A stretch of DNA of 27,961 nucleotides, taken from positions 1 through 27,961 of the forward strand of contig CALGIB010000804.1 of assembly GCA_937915955.1 (NCBI GenBank). The letters are read 5' to 3'. The notes below the pieces were generated by a model, which did not search any database, was not told the origin of the DNA, and was given only the letters and a program-made list of their open reading frames with translations. Both the position numbers and the translations under genes were made by a program. Positions 15,468 through 24,115 of the stretch are shown in pieces; the stretch's first letter is position 1; each line of letters begins with the position of its first letter. Origin of the DNA: an uncultured Pseudomonadota bacterium. Lineage in GTDB: Bacteria > Myxococcota_A > UBA796 > CAJQPC01.

Positions 15468-17864
15468 ATGAGCCGTGACACCAAGCGCCTTCACGTCATC
15501 AGCCGCCACGGCGAGTACAACTTCCAGACCGGCATGATCACCGCGACGCTGCTGCGTCGGGGGGTGCCCATGGACCAGGCCTTCGAGCTGGCCCGCGAGC
15601 TGCGGCGCCGCCTCGAGGGCCGGGAGCGCATCGAGACCGGCGAGCTGGGCGAGCTGCTGCGGGCGCTGGTCCGCGAGCGCCTCGGTGACCTCGTCGACGA
15701 GCCGGCGGCCCAGCCCGAGAGCGCGCCGGTCACGGTCCTCAGCCGCCGAGGCCCGCTGGCCTTCTCCCAGGGCATCTTCCTGCGGCGCATGTCCCACATC
15801 GGCCTGTCCTCGGCTCAGGCCCACCAGGTCCTCGACGAGCTGGTGACCTGGCTGCACGCTCGCCGAAAGCCGACGGTGGAGCGCCAGCACCTGGACCGGC
15901 ACGTCGTCCGGCTGCTGACCCGCATCTGCGGGGTGGCTCCCGCTCGCCGCTACCGCCTCGTGCGCTGGCTGGCCGAGCAGCACGAGCCCGTCGTCATCTT
16001 CATCGCGGGCGCCACCGGCACGGGCAAGTCCACGCTGGCCATGGAGCTGGGCGTGCGCCTGGGCATCCGCATGGTGACCAGCACCGACCTGATCCGCGAG
16101 ACCATGCGGGCCGTGCTCTCGCCGGAGCTGGTGCCGGGCCTGCACGACCACAGCTTCACAGGCATGCTCCAGGGCGGCACGGTGCTGACCGATCCGCGGG
16201 AGCGGGTGCTGGCCGGCTTCCGGCAGCAAGCCCAGCAGGTCAGCGTGGGCATCCGGGCCGTGATCCGCCGAGCCCTGCGCGAGGGCGTGTCCATCATCGT
16301 CGAGGGCACCCACCTGCTACCCCCCTTTGACCAGTACGTGCCCGCCGACGCTCAGGTCCACACCGCCGGCCTGACCCTGGCCGTGCAGGACCCCGCCGAG
16401 CACCTGGCCCGCTTCCCCGAGCGGGACCGGGGGCACCGGTCGGCTCAGCCCTACATGGACTCCTACCAGTCGGTGCGCTGGATCCACGACGACCTGCTGA
16501 CCCTGGCCGAGGACCACGAGGAGGTCGTCGTGCTGGCTCGGGGCGACGAGGACGTGACCGCCGCCGAGGCGCTGACCTTCCTGTCCCAGGCCCTGCCGGT
16601 GGACGGCGAGCCGGTCGAGCCCAGCGCGCCCGAGGCGGCCCCGGAGCGCAGCCGGCGGCTCTACCTGATCCTGGACGGCCTGGGCGACGAGCCCATCCCC
16701 GCCCTGGGCGGGCAGACCCCGCTGCAGGCGGCCTCGACCCCCACGCTGGATGCGCTGGCCAGCTCGGGGGCGCAGGGCGTGGTGGCCCTGGACTGGGGCG
16801 AGGTGCACCCGAACACGGCGGACGCCATGGCCCTGCTGTTGGGCATGGACGTCGGCGTCGGGCAGCTGGGGCGCGGCCTGCTCGAGGCCATGGGCAGCGG
16901 CGTGTCGATCCCGCGGCCGTCGGTGGTCTTCCGAGGCAACCTGGCCACGCGGGAGCCCGGCGGCCTGATCAGCGACCGCCGCGCGGGCCGGATCCGACAG
17001 GCGCCCGAGCTGCTCGAGGGCTTGCGGCGGGTGCAGCTCGAAGGCGGCATCCAGGGCAGCATCCTGCCCAGCCACGAGCACCGGGTCACGGTGGTCCTGC
17101 AGGGCCGGGGGCTCTCCGCCGAGGTCTGCGCCACGGACCCGGGGAACCGGGCGCCGGAGTGGAGGGTGCAGCGGGCTCGCCCCCTGGACGACTCACCCGA
17201 GGCGCTGCGCACCGCGCGGGCCCTCAACCAGATGCTGGATCTGGCCGCCCTGAGGCTGGCCAACCACCCGGTCAACGTGCGCCGGGCCGAGCAGGGGCTG
17301 CCGGTGGCCAACTGCGTCATCACCCGGGGCGCGGCCCACACCGACAGCCTGGGCGAGGTCCCCCCGCCGCGTCACGAGGCCGCCGTGGTCTCGGGCTGCC
17401 GCACGGTGCTGGGGGCTGCGCGCCTCTGCGGCATGCACGTGGTGACGGACGCGCGCATGACGGGCAGCGTCGACACGGACCTGGAGGCCAAGTTCCAGGC
17501 CGTCGAGACGCTGCTGGCCAGCTGGAGCACGGTCGTCCTGCACCTCAAGGGGGCCGACGTCGCGGCCCACGACCGCCGGCCCGAGCTCAAGCGTGACTTC
17601 CTGAGCCGGGCGGACCAGGCCCTCGGTCGCTTCCTCGAGCGGCTCCGGCGGAGCGGTCGCGACCTGACCGTGCTGGTCACCGCGGACCACGGCACCTCCT
17701 CGCTCACCGGCGTCCACCTCTACGAGCCGGCGCCGGTGCTGCTGGGTCAGTGGGAGGGGCCCGACTCGCCCGGCGGCGCGGTCTTCGACGAGCGCAGCGC
17801 GCAGGACGGCGAGCTCGGACGCATCGACGCTGCGCGGCTGCTGGAGCTCCTGGCCGAGCGCTGA
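15468..17864 (+). CDS. Fusion: two ATP-cone-like repeats + archaeal-type 2-phosphoglycerate kinase + ApgM-type cofactor-independent phosphoglycerate mutase-like domain (798 aa)
   Basis: Kinase: EPVVIFIAGATGTGKSTLAMELGVRLGIRMVTSTDLIRETMR...LVPGLHDHSF...RRALREGVSIIVEGTHLLP. Mutase: LILDGLGDEP...TPLQAASTPTLDALA, HLKGADVAAHD, VTADHGT, GVH..EPAPVLL. Confidence 0.85.
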   Translation: MSRDTKRLHVISRHGEYNFQTGMITATLLRRGVPMDQAFELARELRRRLEGRERIETGELGELLRALVRERLGDLVDEPAAQPESAPVTVLSRRGPLAFSQGIFLRRMSHIGLSSAQAHQVLDELVTWLHARRKPTVERQHLDRHVVRLLTRICGVAPARRYRLVRWLAEQHEPVVIFIAGATGTGKSTLAMELGVRLGIRMVTSTDLIRETMRAVLSPELVPGLHDHSFTGMLQGGTVLTDPRERVLAGFRQQAQQVSVGIRAVIRRALREGVSIIVEGTHLLPPFDQYVPADAQVHTAGLTLAVQDPAEHLARFPERDRGHRSAQPYMDSYQSVRWIHDDLLTLAEDHEEVVVLARGDEDVTAAEALTFLSQALPVDGEPVEPSAPEAAPERSRRLYLILDGLGDEPIPALGGQTPLQAASTPTLDALASSGAQGVVALDWGEVHPNTADAMALLLGMDVGVGQLGRGLLEAMGSGVSIPRPSVVFRGNLATREPGGLISDRRAGRIRQAPELLEGLRRVQLEGGIQGSILPSHEHRVTVVLQGRGLSAEVCATDPGNRAPEWRVQRARPLDDSPEALRTARALNQMLDLAALRLANHPVNVRRAEQGLPVANCVITRGAAHTDSLGEVPPPRHEAAVVSGCRTVLGAARLCGMHVVTDARMTGSVDTDLEAKFQAVETLLASWSTVVLHLKGADVAAHDRRPELKRDFLSRADQALGRFLERLRRSGRDLTVLVTADHGTSSLTGVHLYEPAPVLLGQWEGPDSPGGAVFDERSAQDGELGRIDAARLLELLAER

Positions 17865-17866
17865 GC

Positions 17867-19024
17867 TCAGCCCTTGGGCGTGACCCGGCGCCTCAGCTGC
17901 GCCTCGTCGTAGACGACCTCGACGCGGTCCAGCTCGGACTCGCTGTAGTCGCCCATGCCGAAGCCAGCGACCTCGACCAGGTCGTTCAGGCTCTGCTTGC
18001 GCCGGGCCTCGGTGACCTCGTCGTCGACGTCCTCGATGTCCTCGTCGACCTGCAGCGCCTCGGCCAACAGGGCATCGCAGCCCTTCAGCTGGCCCGTCAC
18101 GTTGCGCAGCACGGACTCCCACCACCAGGGCTGGACCGCCGCCGGGGGCCTCTGGAAGTCCTCCTTGCTGATCCGGTACAGCCACACGGGGCTGGTCGCC
18201 ACGCAGCTGGCGGTGCGGGGGCCCGGCTCGACCAGCGCGTTGCAGCCGAACTGGTCGCCCGCCTTCAGCGTGATCAGGCGCTTGGCGCCGCCGCGCACGC
18301 AGCGCAGCACGTCGACGCTGCCGGACGCGACGATGTACATGGCGTCCAGGCGCTCGCCGGAGTCGCCCTCCATGACCACGACCTCGCCCTCGCGGACCCC
18401 CACGGGCTGGAACACGGTGGTCAGGGCCAGGACGACCTCGGGCGGCGCCTCGGCCAGCCCGGGCTGCATGCGCAGCAGGGGAGGGAGCGCCGGGGGCGGA
18501 TCGGCGGGCAACCCGGGCACCAGGGCGCGCCACATGCGCAGCAGGCCCGAGACCTCCTTGCGGCCGGGCGCCTTCGCGTCGCTGTCGGCCACGCGAGCCA
18601 GCCAGGCCGTGGCGCGCCGGACGCGCCGGACCGTGCCGATGGACGCCTGTTGCAGCAGGACCCCGTAGACGCTGTTGCGGTCCTGGCGCAGGCGGCGCAG
18701 ATGCAGGGTGTCCATGACGAGCAGCGTCGAGGCCTCCTTGGCGCGGACGTTCGCGGACCGGACGCTCCCGGACTGGAACGCGCCGGCCTCACCGACCAGT
18801 TCACCCGCGTAGATCGCGCCGAGGATCTCGCCTGCAAGCTCCACTTCCAGACAGCCCTTGTGCACGATCGCGAGACGATCCGCGGGCTCGCCGCGGCCCC
18901 AGACGAGCTCGCCCGGCTTCAGGCGCTGGACCCTCCAGGCGGCCGCTGAGAACTGGAGGTCCGCGGGATCGGCAGCTTTCAGGGTGGTTGAGGCCATCAG
19001 GGCTTTGAGCAGGCGTTCGTTCAT
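17867..19024 (-). CDS. Tandem cyclic nucleotide-binding domain protein, no effector domain (385 aa)
   Basis: CNB-A: LKPGELVWGRGEPADRLAIVHKG...GELVGEAGAF...VRSANVRA; CNB-B: VREGEVVVMEGD..DAMYIVASGSVDV...GDQFGCNALVEPGPRTASC; acidic tail. Confidence 0.88.
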   Translation of the reverse strand: MNERLLKALMASTTLKAADPADLQFSAAAWRVQRLKPGELVWGRGEPADRLAIVHKGCLEVELAGEILGAIYAGELVGEAGAFQSGSVRSANVRAKEASTLLVMDTLHLRRLRQDRNSVYGVLLQQASIGTVRRVRRATAWLARVADSDAKAPGRKEVSGLLRMWRALVPGLPADPPPALPPLLRMQPGLAEAPPEVVLALTTVFQPVGVREGEVVVMEGDSGERLDAMYIVASGSVDVLRCVRGGAKRLITLKAGDQFGCNALVEPGPRTASCVATSPVWLYRISKEDFQRPPAAVQPWWWESVLRNVTGQLKGCDALLAEALQVDEDIEDVDDEVTEARRKQSLNDLVEVAGFGMGDYSESELDRVEVVYDEAQLRRRVTPKG

Positions 19025-19070
19025 GCCCGGAGTATGGCATTCCCGGCGTCCAAACTCCGGTGTGGGCGCG

Positions 19071-19079
19071 TGATAGACT
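19071..19079 (+). promoter_or_regulatory. Candidate extended -10 element (TG-A-TAGACT) for the cyclase operon
   Basis: Matches TGnTAnnnT, 28 nt upstream of ATG 19108 in the divergent intergenic region; motif match only. Confidence 0.35.
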
Positions 19080-19107
19080 GCCGCCGCCATCACCTGAGCA
19101 GACGACC

Positions 19108-22100
19108 ATGAATCAGCAGCCTCCGGGGGGCCAGAAGACTCTGGCCAGCTACCTCCCGGCCCTCCACCTGGAGCGCCTCGGAGGGACCCAGGACGGTCCC
19201 AGCGTGGAGGGTCTGCACGGCGCCGTCCTGCTCGTCGACGTGCGGGGCTTCACCAGGCTGACCGCCCGCTACGCCGAGAAGGGGGCCCGAGGCGCAGAGC
19301 TGCTGTCCGAGGTGCTGAACCTCGGCTTCGGCGCCATCATCGACGTCATCGCCGAGCACGGCGGCGACGTGCTGAGCTTCGCGGGCGACGCCGTCCTGGC
19401 CGTCTGGCCCTGCACACCGGATCGGCTCGAACAGGCCGTGGTCCTGGCGGCCGAGGCCGGGCTGCGCGTGCACGAGGTGCAGGGGCACCCCGACGAGCCG
19501 CTGCGGCTGCGCTCCAGCGTGGGGGTAGGCCCCCTGCAGCTCTTCCACGTGGGCGGCGCCGCGGGTCGCTGGATGCTGCTGGCCACGGGCGAGCCCCTGG
19601 CCCAGGTGGGCCAGGCCGACAAGGTCTGCGAGTCCGGTGAGCTGGTGCTCTCGCTCGAGGCCTGGGCCCGGGTCCAGGACCGCTGCGCTGGCGAGCTGAG
19701 GGGGACCGCGGTCCGACTCAGCGCCATCAAGAAGCCCGTCCCGGCGCCCGGCGCGGGGCCGCTCCCGACCACCGACGTGGACCTCGAGCCCTACGTGCCC
19801 GAGGTGGTCTGCGGCCGCCGCGGCCGGGCCGAGTACCTGGCCGAGTTCCGTCCGCGCATGACGATCCTGTTCGTCAATCTGCCGGACATCGCCCCCGAGG
19901 GCGCCGGCGCGCTCGAGCGCATCCAGCAGGCCGCGCTGCTCATGCAGGAGGAGCTGGCCCGCTTCGAGGGCGCGGTCTACCAGTTCCTGACCGACGACAA
20001 GGGCAGCACCCTGCTCGGCGCCTTCGGCCTTCCCGGCATGGCCCACGAGGACGACGCGGTCCGGGGCTGCCTGGCCGCCCAGAGCATCCGCGAGCGCCTG
20101 ACCGAGGCCGGCATGGCCTCGGCCGTCGGCGTCGCCACCGGTCGGCTGTTCTCGGGCTCCTACGGCAACGATCGGCGCCGCAGCTTCGCCCTGGTCGGCA
20201 CCACGATGAACCTGGCCGCGCGGCTGATGCAGGCCAGCGAGGGCGACGGCCTGCTCGTCTGCCCCACCACGCGCGAGGCCGCCGGCACCCGCTTCGACTT
20301 CGAGGAGCTCGAGCCCGTCACGGTCAAGGGCATCGACGAGCCAGTGCAGGTCTACCGACCCCACGGCCTGCACGGGCGGCAGCACGGATCGGGCGACACG
20401 CTGATCGGTCGCGCGGCTGAGCGGGCCTACCTGGACACGGTGATGGACGGCAGCGGCCCGCGCATCACGGTGTTCGAGGGCGAGGCCGGCATCGGCAAGA
20501 GCCAGCTGCTCCGCTACGCCGTGGGCCTGGCCGAGGCCCAGGACGTCACGGTGCTCGAGGGCTCGGCGGACTCGATCGAGACCGACAGCTCCTGGTTCAT
20601 GTGGCGCCCCGTCCTGGCCGAGCTGCTGGAGCTCGACGAGGGCCAGGAGCACGCCCAGGCGCGCCTGATGGAGCTCATCGGCGGCGACCCGACCCGCGAG
20701 AGGTGGGCGCCGGTCTTCGAGGACGTGCTCGAGCTGGGCCTGCAGGCCAACGAGATCTCCGCGGAGATGTCCGGACCGGCTCGCGCTGACGCCGTGCGGA
20801 CCCTGCTGATCGAGGTCCTGCGCAACTGCGGCAAGGAGCGTCGCTTGATGCTGCGCGTCGAGGACGCCCACTGGCTGGACTCGGCCAGCTGGGGCGGACT
20901 GCTGCACGTGGCCCGCGCCGTGGACACCCTGCGCATCCTGGTCTCGACCCGCCCGCCGTCCGACCCCGTGCCGCCCGAGCACCTGGCCCTGGTGGAGATC
21001 GAGGACTGCGAGCGCCGGGTCCTGGGCGCCCTGTCCGCCGCCGAGGCCGAGCAGCTGGTCTGCTACCGGCTCGAGGTCGACGCGCTGCCGCCCAGCGTCG
21101 CCGCCCTGCTGGCCCGGCAGGCCGAGGGCCACCCGCTCTTCACCGAGGAGCTCGCCTGGTCGCTGGTCGAGCAGGGCGCCCTCGAGATCCGGGGCCGTCA
21201 GGCCGTGCTGACCATGGGCGCGGACGAGCTGGCCGCTCAGTCCTTCCCCGACAGCGTCCAGGGGGTCATCACCAGCCGCATCGACCGGCTGCCGCCGGAC
21301 ACCCAGCTGATCCTCAAGGTGGCCTCGGTCATCGGTCGGGTCTTCCAGATGCACATCCTGTCGGCCGTGAACCCGGTGACCCAGGACGGCGGCCGCCTGC
21401 AGGCCGAGGCCGAGGACCTGGTCCGCCACGACCTGACCCTCATCGAGCGGCCCGCCCCCGACCCCGCCTGGATCTTCAAGCACGCGCTGATCCAGGACGT
21501 GGCCTACAACCTGCTGGCCTTCCGGCAGCGGCACAAGCTGCACAAGGCCGTGGCCGAGTGGTACGAGTCGCAGTTCGAGCACAACCTGGCCAGCTACTAC
21601 CCCGTGCTGGCCCACCACTACGCGCTGGCCGAGGACCAGCCCAAGACGCTCGAGTACCTGGACCTGGCGGGCACGCGAGCCCTGCGCAACGGCGCCAGCG
21701 GCGAGGCCGTCAGCTTCTTCCTCCGCGCCCTCGATCTGGGCCAGGACAAGGAGGCCCTGGCCAGCGCCGAGACCCGGCTGCGGCAGGCCCGCTGGTGGCG
21801 CTCGCTGGGGCTGGCCTACTACGGCCTGGGCCGCCGGCTCGAGGCCCGCGATGCCTTCCTCCGGACGATGGAGATCGCCGGCTACCCCTTCGCCAGCAGC
21901 CTGCCGGGTCAGCTCTTCCAGCTGTCGCGCGAGTACGTCTACCAGGCCCTGCTGCTGGCGGCGCCCAAGCTGCTGCTCGAGGGCGACGAGACGCGCCGGC
22001 TGCTGGCCGCCGAGGCCGCGGACGCCGCGCAGTACGTCTCGACGACCTACTACTTCGACAAGGAGAACCTGCCGATGTTCGTGGCAGCGCTCTCCTGCGC

Positions 22101-23148
22101 CACCCTGTCGACCCGCTCGGGCAACACCCGCGAGGCCGCCGTCGGCCTGTCCTACGTCGGCGTGCTCGTGGGGCTCTTCAACATCGCGCCGCTGCTTGAC
22201 GCCTACTTCGACCGCGGGCTCGCGGCGGCCCAGGCCGTCGGTGACCCCTGGGCGGTGGCCCGCCACTGGCAGCTCCGGGCCATGCAGTACGCCGGCCGAG
22301 GCATCTGGGTCGAGAAGGAGCTCGACGACTCGATCGAGTTCTTCCGCCGCACGGGCGACCGGCACGAGTACGAGATCTCGCTGACCGTGAAGCTGCTGAT
22401 CCGCAGCTACCAGGGCCGCTACGGCGAGTGGCTGCAGATGACCGGGCGGCTCTCCGACAGCGCCACCGGGCACAGCGCGCAGCACCTGATGTGGGCCAAC
22501 AGCAAGATGGCCGAGCTGCTCCTCCTCATGGGCGAGGCCGCCGCCGGACACCCCTACGCGGACGAGGTGCTGCGCATCCACGAGACCGATCCCGAGCCGC
22601 CCACCTGGGCCTCGGGCGTGATGATGAAGGGCTGCTGCCAGTGGCAGGAGGGCGACATCGACGCCGGCGTGGCGACCCTGGAGCCCGGGCTCGACCTGCT
22701 CCTCGAGGCGCCCACGAACACCCACGGCGGCCTGACGGCCTACCAGGCCTCGGGTGAGCTGGTGATGCAGTACCTGGAGCAAAGCATGGGCACGCCGAAG
22801 CAGGCCCACGCGCTGAGCCTGGCGGGTCGCTTCACCAAGATGTTCTTCATCTTCAGCCTGGTCTTCCCCTTCTCCAAGGGGGCCCGCCAGGCCTGGCAGG
22901 CGCGCCTGGCCATCGCCACCGGCAAGCAGGCCAAGGGCCGCAAGCTGGCGGCCAAGGCCATCGCCTGGGGCAGCGACAAGGGCCTGCCCCTGACCGAGGG
23001 GCTGGGGCACTACCACTTGGGGCTCAGTCATCCCCCAGGTTCGCCGGAACGAAAGGCTGCGCTTCAGCAGGCGCTGTCGGTGTTCGAGGGTATCGGAGCG
23101 CGCTATTACGCAGGCTTCGTCAGCGGAGCCCTCGGAGGAGATGGCTGA
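19108..23148 (+). CDS. Class III adenylate/guanylate cyclase (two cyclase domains, soluble-AC/ADCY10-like) + STAND/AAA ATPase + TPR-like helical region (1346 aa)
   Basis: C1: VLLVDVRGFTRLT...GAELLSEVLN...GGDVLSFAGDAVLAVW; C2: DDKGSTLLGAFGLP...GVATG...MNLAARLM; Walker A GEAGIGKS; Walker B VEDAHWLD; AEGHPLFTEEL, RIDRL, FKHALIQDVAY winged-helix motifs. Confidence 0.92.
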   Translation: MNQQPPGGQKTLASYLPALHLERLGGTQDGPSVEGLHGAVLLVDVRGFTRLTARYAEKGARGAELLSEVLNLGFGAIIDVIAEHGGDVLSFAGDAVLAVWPCTPDRLEQAVVLAAEAGLRVHEVQGHPDEPLRLRSSVGVGPLQLFHVGGAAGRWMLLATGEPLAQVGQADKVCESGELVLSLEAWARVQDRCAGELRGTAVRLSAIKKPVPAPGAGPLPTTDVDLEPYVPEVVCGRRGRAEYLAEFRPRMTILFVNLPDIAPEGAGALERIQQAALLMQEELARFEGAVYQFLTDDKGSTLLGAFGLPGMAHEDDAVRGCLAAQSIRERLTEAGMASAVGVATGRLFSGSYGNDRRRSFALVGTTMNLAARLMQASEGDGLLVCPTTREAAGTRFDFEELEPVTVKGIDEPVQVYRPHGLHGRQHGSGDTLIGRAAERAYLDTVMDGSGPRITVFEGEAGIGKSQLLRYAVGLAEAQDVTVLEGSADSIETDSSWFMWRPVLAELLELDEGQEHAQARLMELIGGDPTRERWAPVFEDVLELGLQANEISAEMSGPARADAVRTLLIEVLRNCGKERRLMLRVEDAHWLDSASWGGLLHVARAVDTLRILVSTRPPSDPVPPEHLALVEIEDCERRVLGALSAAEAEQLVCYRLEVDALPPSVAALLARQAEGHPLFTEELAWSLVEQGALEIRGRQAVLTMGADELAAQSFPDSVQGVITSRIDRLPPDTQLILKVASVIGRVFQMHILSAVNPVTQDGGRLQAEAEDLVRHDLTLIERPAPDPAWIFKHALIQDVAYNLLAFRQRHKLHKAVAEWYESQFEHNLASYYPVLAHHYALAEDQPKTLEYLDLAGTRALRNGASGEAVSFFLRALDLGQDKEALASAETRLRQARWWRSLGLAYYGLGRRLEARDAFLRTMEIAGYPFASSLPGQLFQLSREYVYQALLLAAPKLLLEGDETRRLLAAEAADAAQYVSTTYYFDKENLPMFVAALSCATLSTRSGNTREAAVGLSYVGVLVGLFNIAPLLDAYFDRGLAAAQAVGDPWAVARHWQLRAMQYAGRGIWVEKELDDSIEFFRRTGDRHEYEISLTVKLLIRSYQGRYGEWLQMTGRLSDSATGHSAQHLMWANSKMAELLLLMGEAAAGHPYADEVLRIHETDPEPPTWASGVMMKGCCQWQEGDIDAGVATLEPGLDLLLEAPTNTHGGLTAYQASGELVMQYLEQSMGTPKQAHALSLAGRFTKMFFIFSLVFPFSKGARQAWQARLAIATGKQAKGRKLAAKAIAWGSDKGLPLTEGLGHYHLGLSHPPGSPERKAALQQALSVFEGIGARYYAGFVSGALGGDG

Positions 23149-24115
23149 GCTCAGCTTCTGGCACCCCGTGCTGCTCGACAAGCAGCTGGGGGACAAGCCC
23201 GAACCCATCCGGGTCCTGGACCAGGACCTCGTGCTGTTCCGTGGGGAGCAGGGCATCGGCTGCCTGCCGGATCGCTGCCCTCATCGGGGCGAGCGCCTCT
23301 CGCTGGGGCTCGTCCGCGGGGGCGACATCGCCTGCCCCTACCACGGGTGGACCTGGTCGCCCCAGGGCAAGGGGCGCTGCCCGGGGGACAGCACGTTCTC
23401 GCCGACCATCGCCCACTTCGAGGTCGCCACGGCCCACGGCGCCATCTGGATCCGCGAGCCCGGCGGCCGGGGCCAGCTGCCCAGCTTCGAGGTCTCCGGC
23501 TTCCGCCCGCTGACGGTCTTCAGGACGCGCCTGCCCGGCTCGCTCGAGCGCGTGCTGGACAACTTCAGCGAGTCCGAGCACACCCCCGAGGTCCACCTGA
23601 TGGGCTTCGATCCGCGCAAGATGGACCAGGTCCAGGTCACGGTTCGGACCGACGAACACAGCGTGCACGTGGTCAACCGCGGCCCCCAGCGCCGGGCCAT
23701 GAGGCTGCTGCGCCTGGGCGTCGGCGTGCCGCCCAAGGCCGACTACGTCATCGAGTGGACCACCCGCTTCCAGCCCGTGCACGCCCAGTTCGACCACTAC
23801 TGGCTGCCCCCGGGCGGCGACCAGCCCTACGACAAGCGCGTGCGCGCCTGGGTCTACTTCGTGCCCGTCAGCGAGAAGCAGACCGACCTGTTCAGCTTCG
23901 TGTTCGTCAACGAGGGCCCCGCCTGGGAGCGCCTGGGTGACGCGCTCCATGCCCGCTACGCCCGCTGGGACATCGAGCAGGACCGCCCGCTGCTCGAGGG
24001 CCTGGCGCCCGAGCTCGACGACCAGCAGTCGACCTTTGGCTGGAAGAGTCGCTTCGACGAGGCCATCGACGCCAACCGCGAGCGCCTGAACCTGCTGTAC
24101 CGAGGCACGACGTGA
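23141..24115 (+). CDS. Rieske non-heme iron oxygenase (single-subunit VanA/KshA-like architecture)
   Basis: CPHRG and CPYHGW Rieske ligands; DNFSESEHTPEVH mononuclear-iron motif; late WDIEQD acidic ligand; GGAGGAG SD; start overlaps the cyclase stop. Confidence 0.92.
   Translation: MAELSFWHPVLLDKQLGDKPEPIRVLDQDLVLFRGEQGIGCLPDRCPHRGERLSLGLVRGGDIACPYHGWTWSPQGKGRCPGDSTFSPTIAHFEVATAHGAIWIREPGGRGQLPSFEVSGFRPLTVFRTRLPGSLERVLDNFSESEHTPEVHLMGFDPRKMDQVQVTVRTDEHSVHVVNRGPQRRAMRLLRLGVGVPPKADYVIEWTTRFQPVHAQFDHYWLPPGGDQPYDKRVRAWVYFVPVSEKQTDLFSFVFVNEGPAWERLGDALHARYARWDIEQDRPLLEGLAPELDDQQSTFGWKSRFDEAIDANRERLNLLYRGTT

Noticed and set aside
17861-17870. Perfect palindrome CTGAGCTCAG
   Set aside because: It is just two convergent TGA stop codons separated by GC; too short to be a terminator.
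15450-19093. Longer starts given in the ORF track (e.g. 15450, 19060, 19093; also 515, 3483, 4898, 6960, 9866, 10954)
   Set aside because: Downstream starts fit SD sites, stop/start overlaps and signal peptides better; the extensions overlap neighbouring genes and look non-coding.
19025-19107. CRP-like site or inverted repeats (CCGGAGT-N20-ACTCCGG, GTGAT-N14-ATCAC) in the divergent region
   Set aside because: Spacing does not fit TGTGA-N6-TCACA, and short GC-rich arms are expected by chance.
19090-23256. 1388-aa antisense ORF over the cyclase
   Set aside because: Codon-register mirror of a strongly GC3-biased gene; such stop-free shadows are expected at this GC content, and no motifs were recognised.
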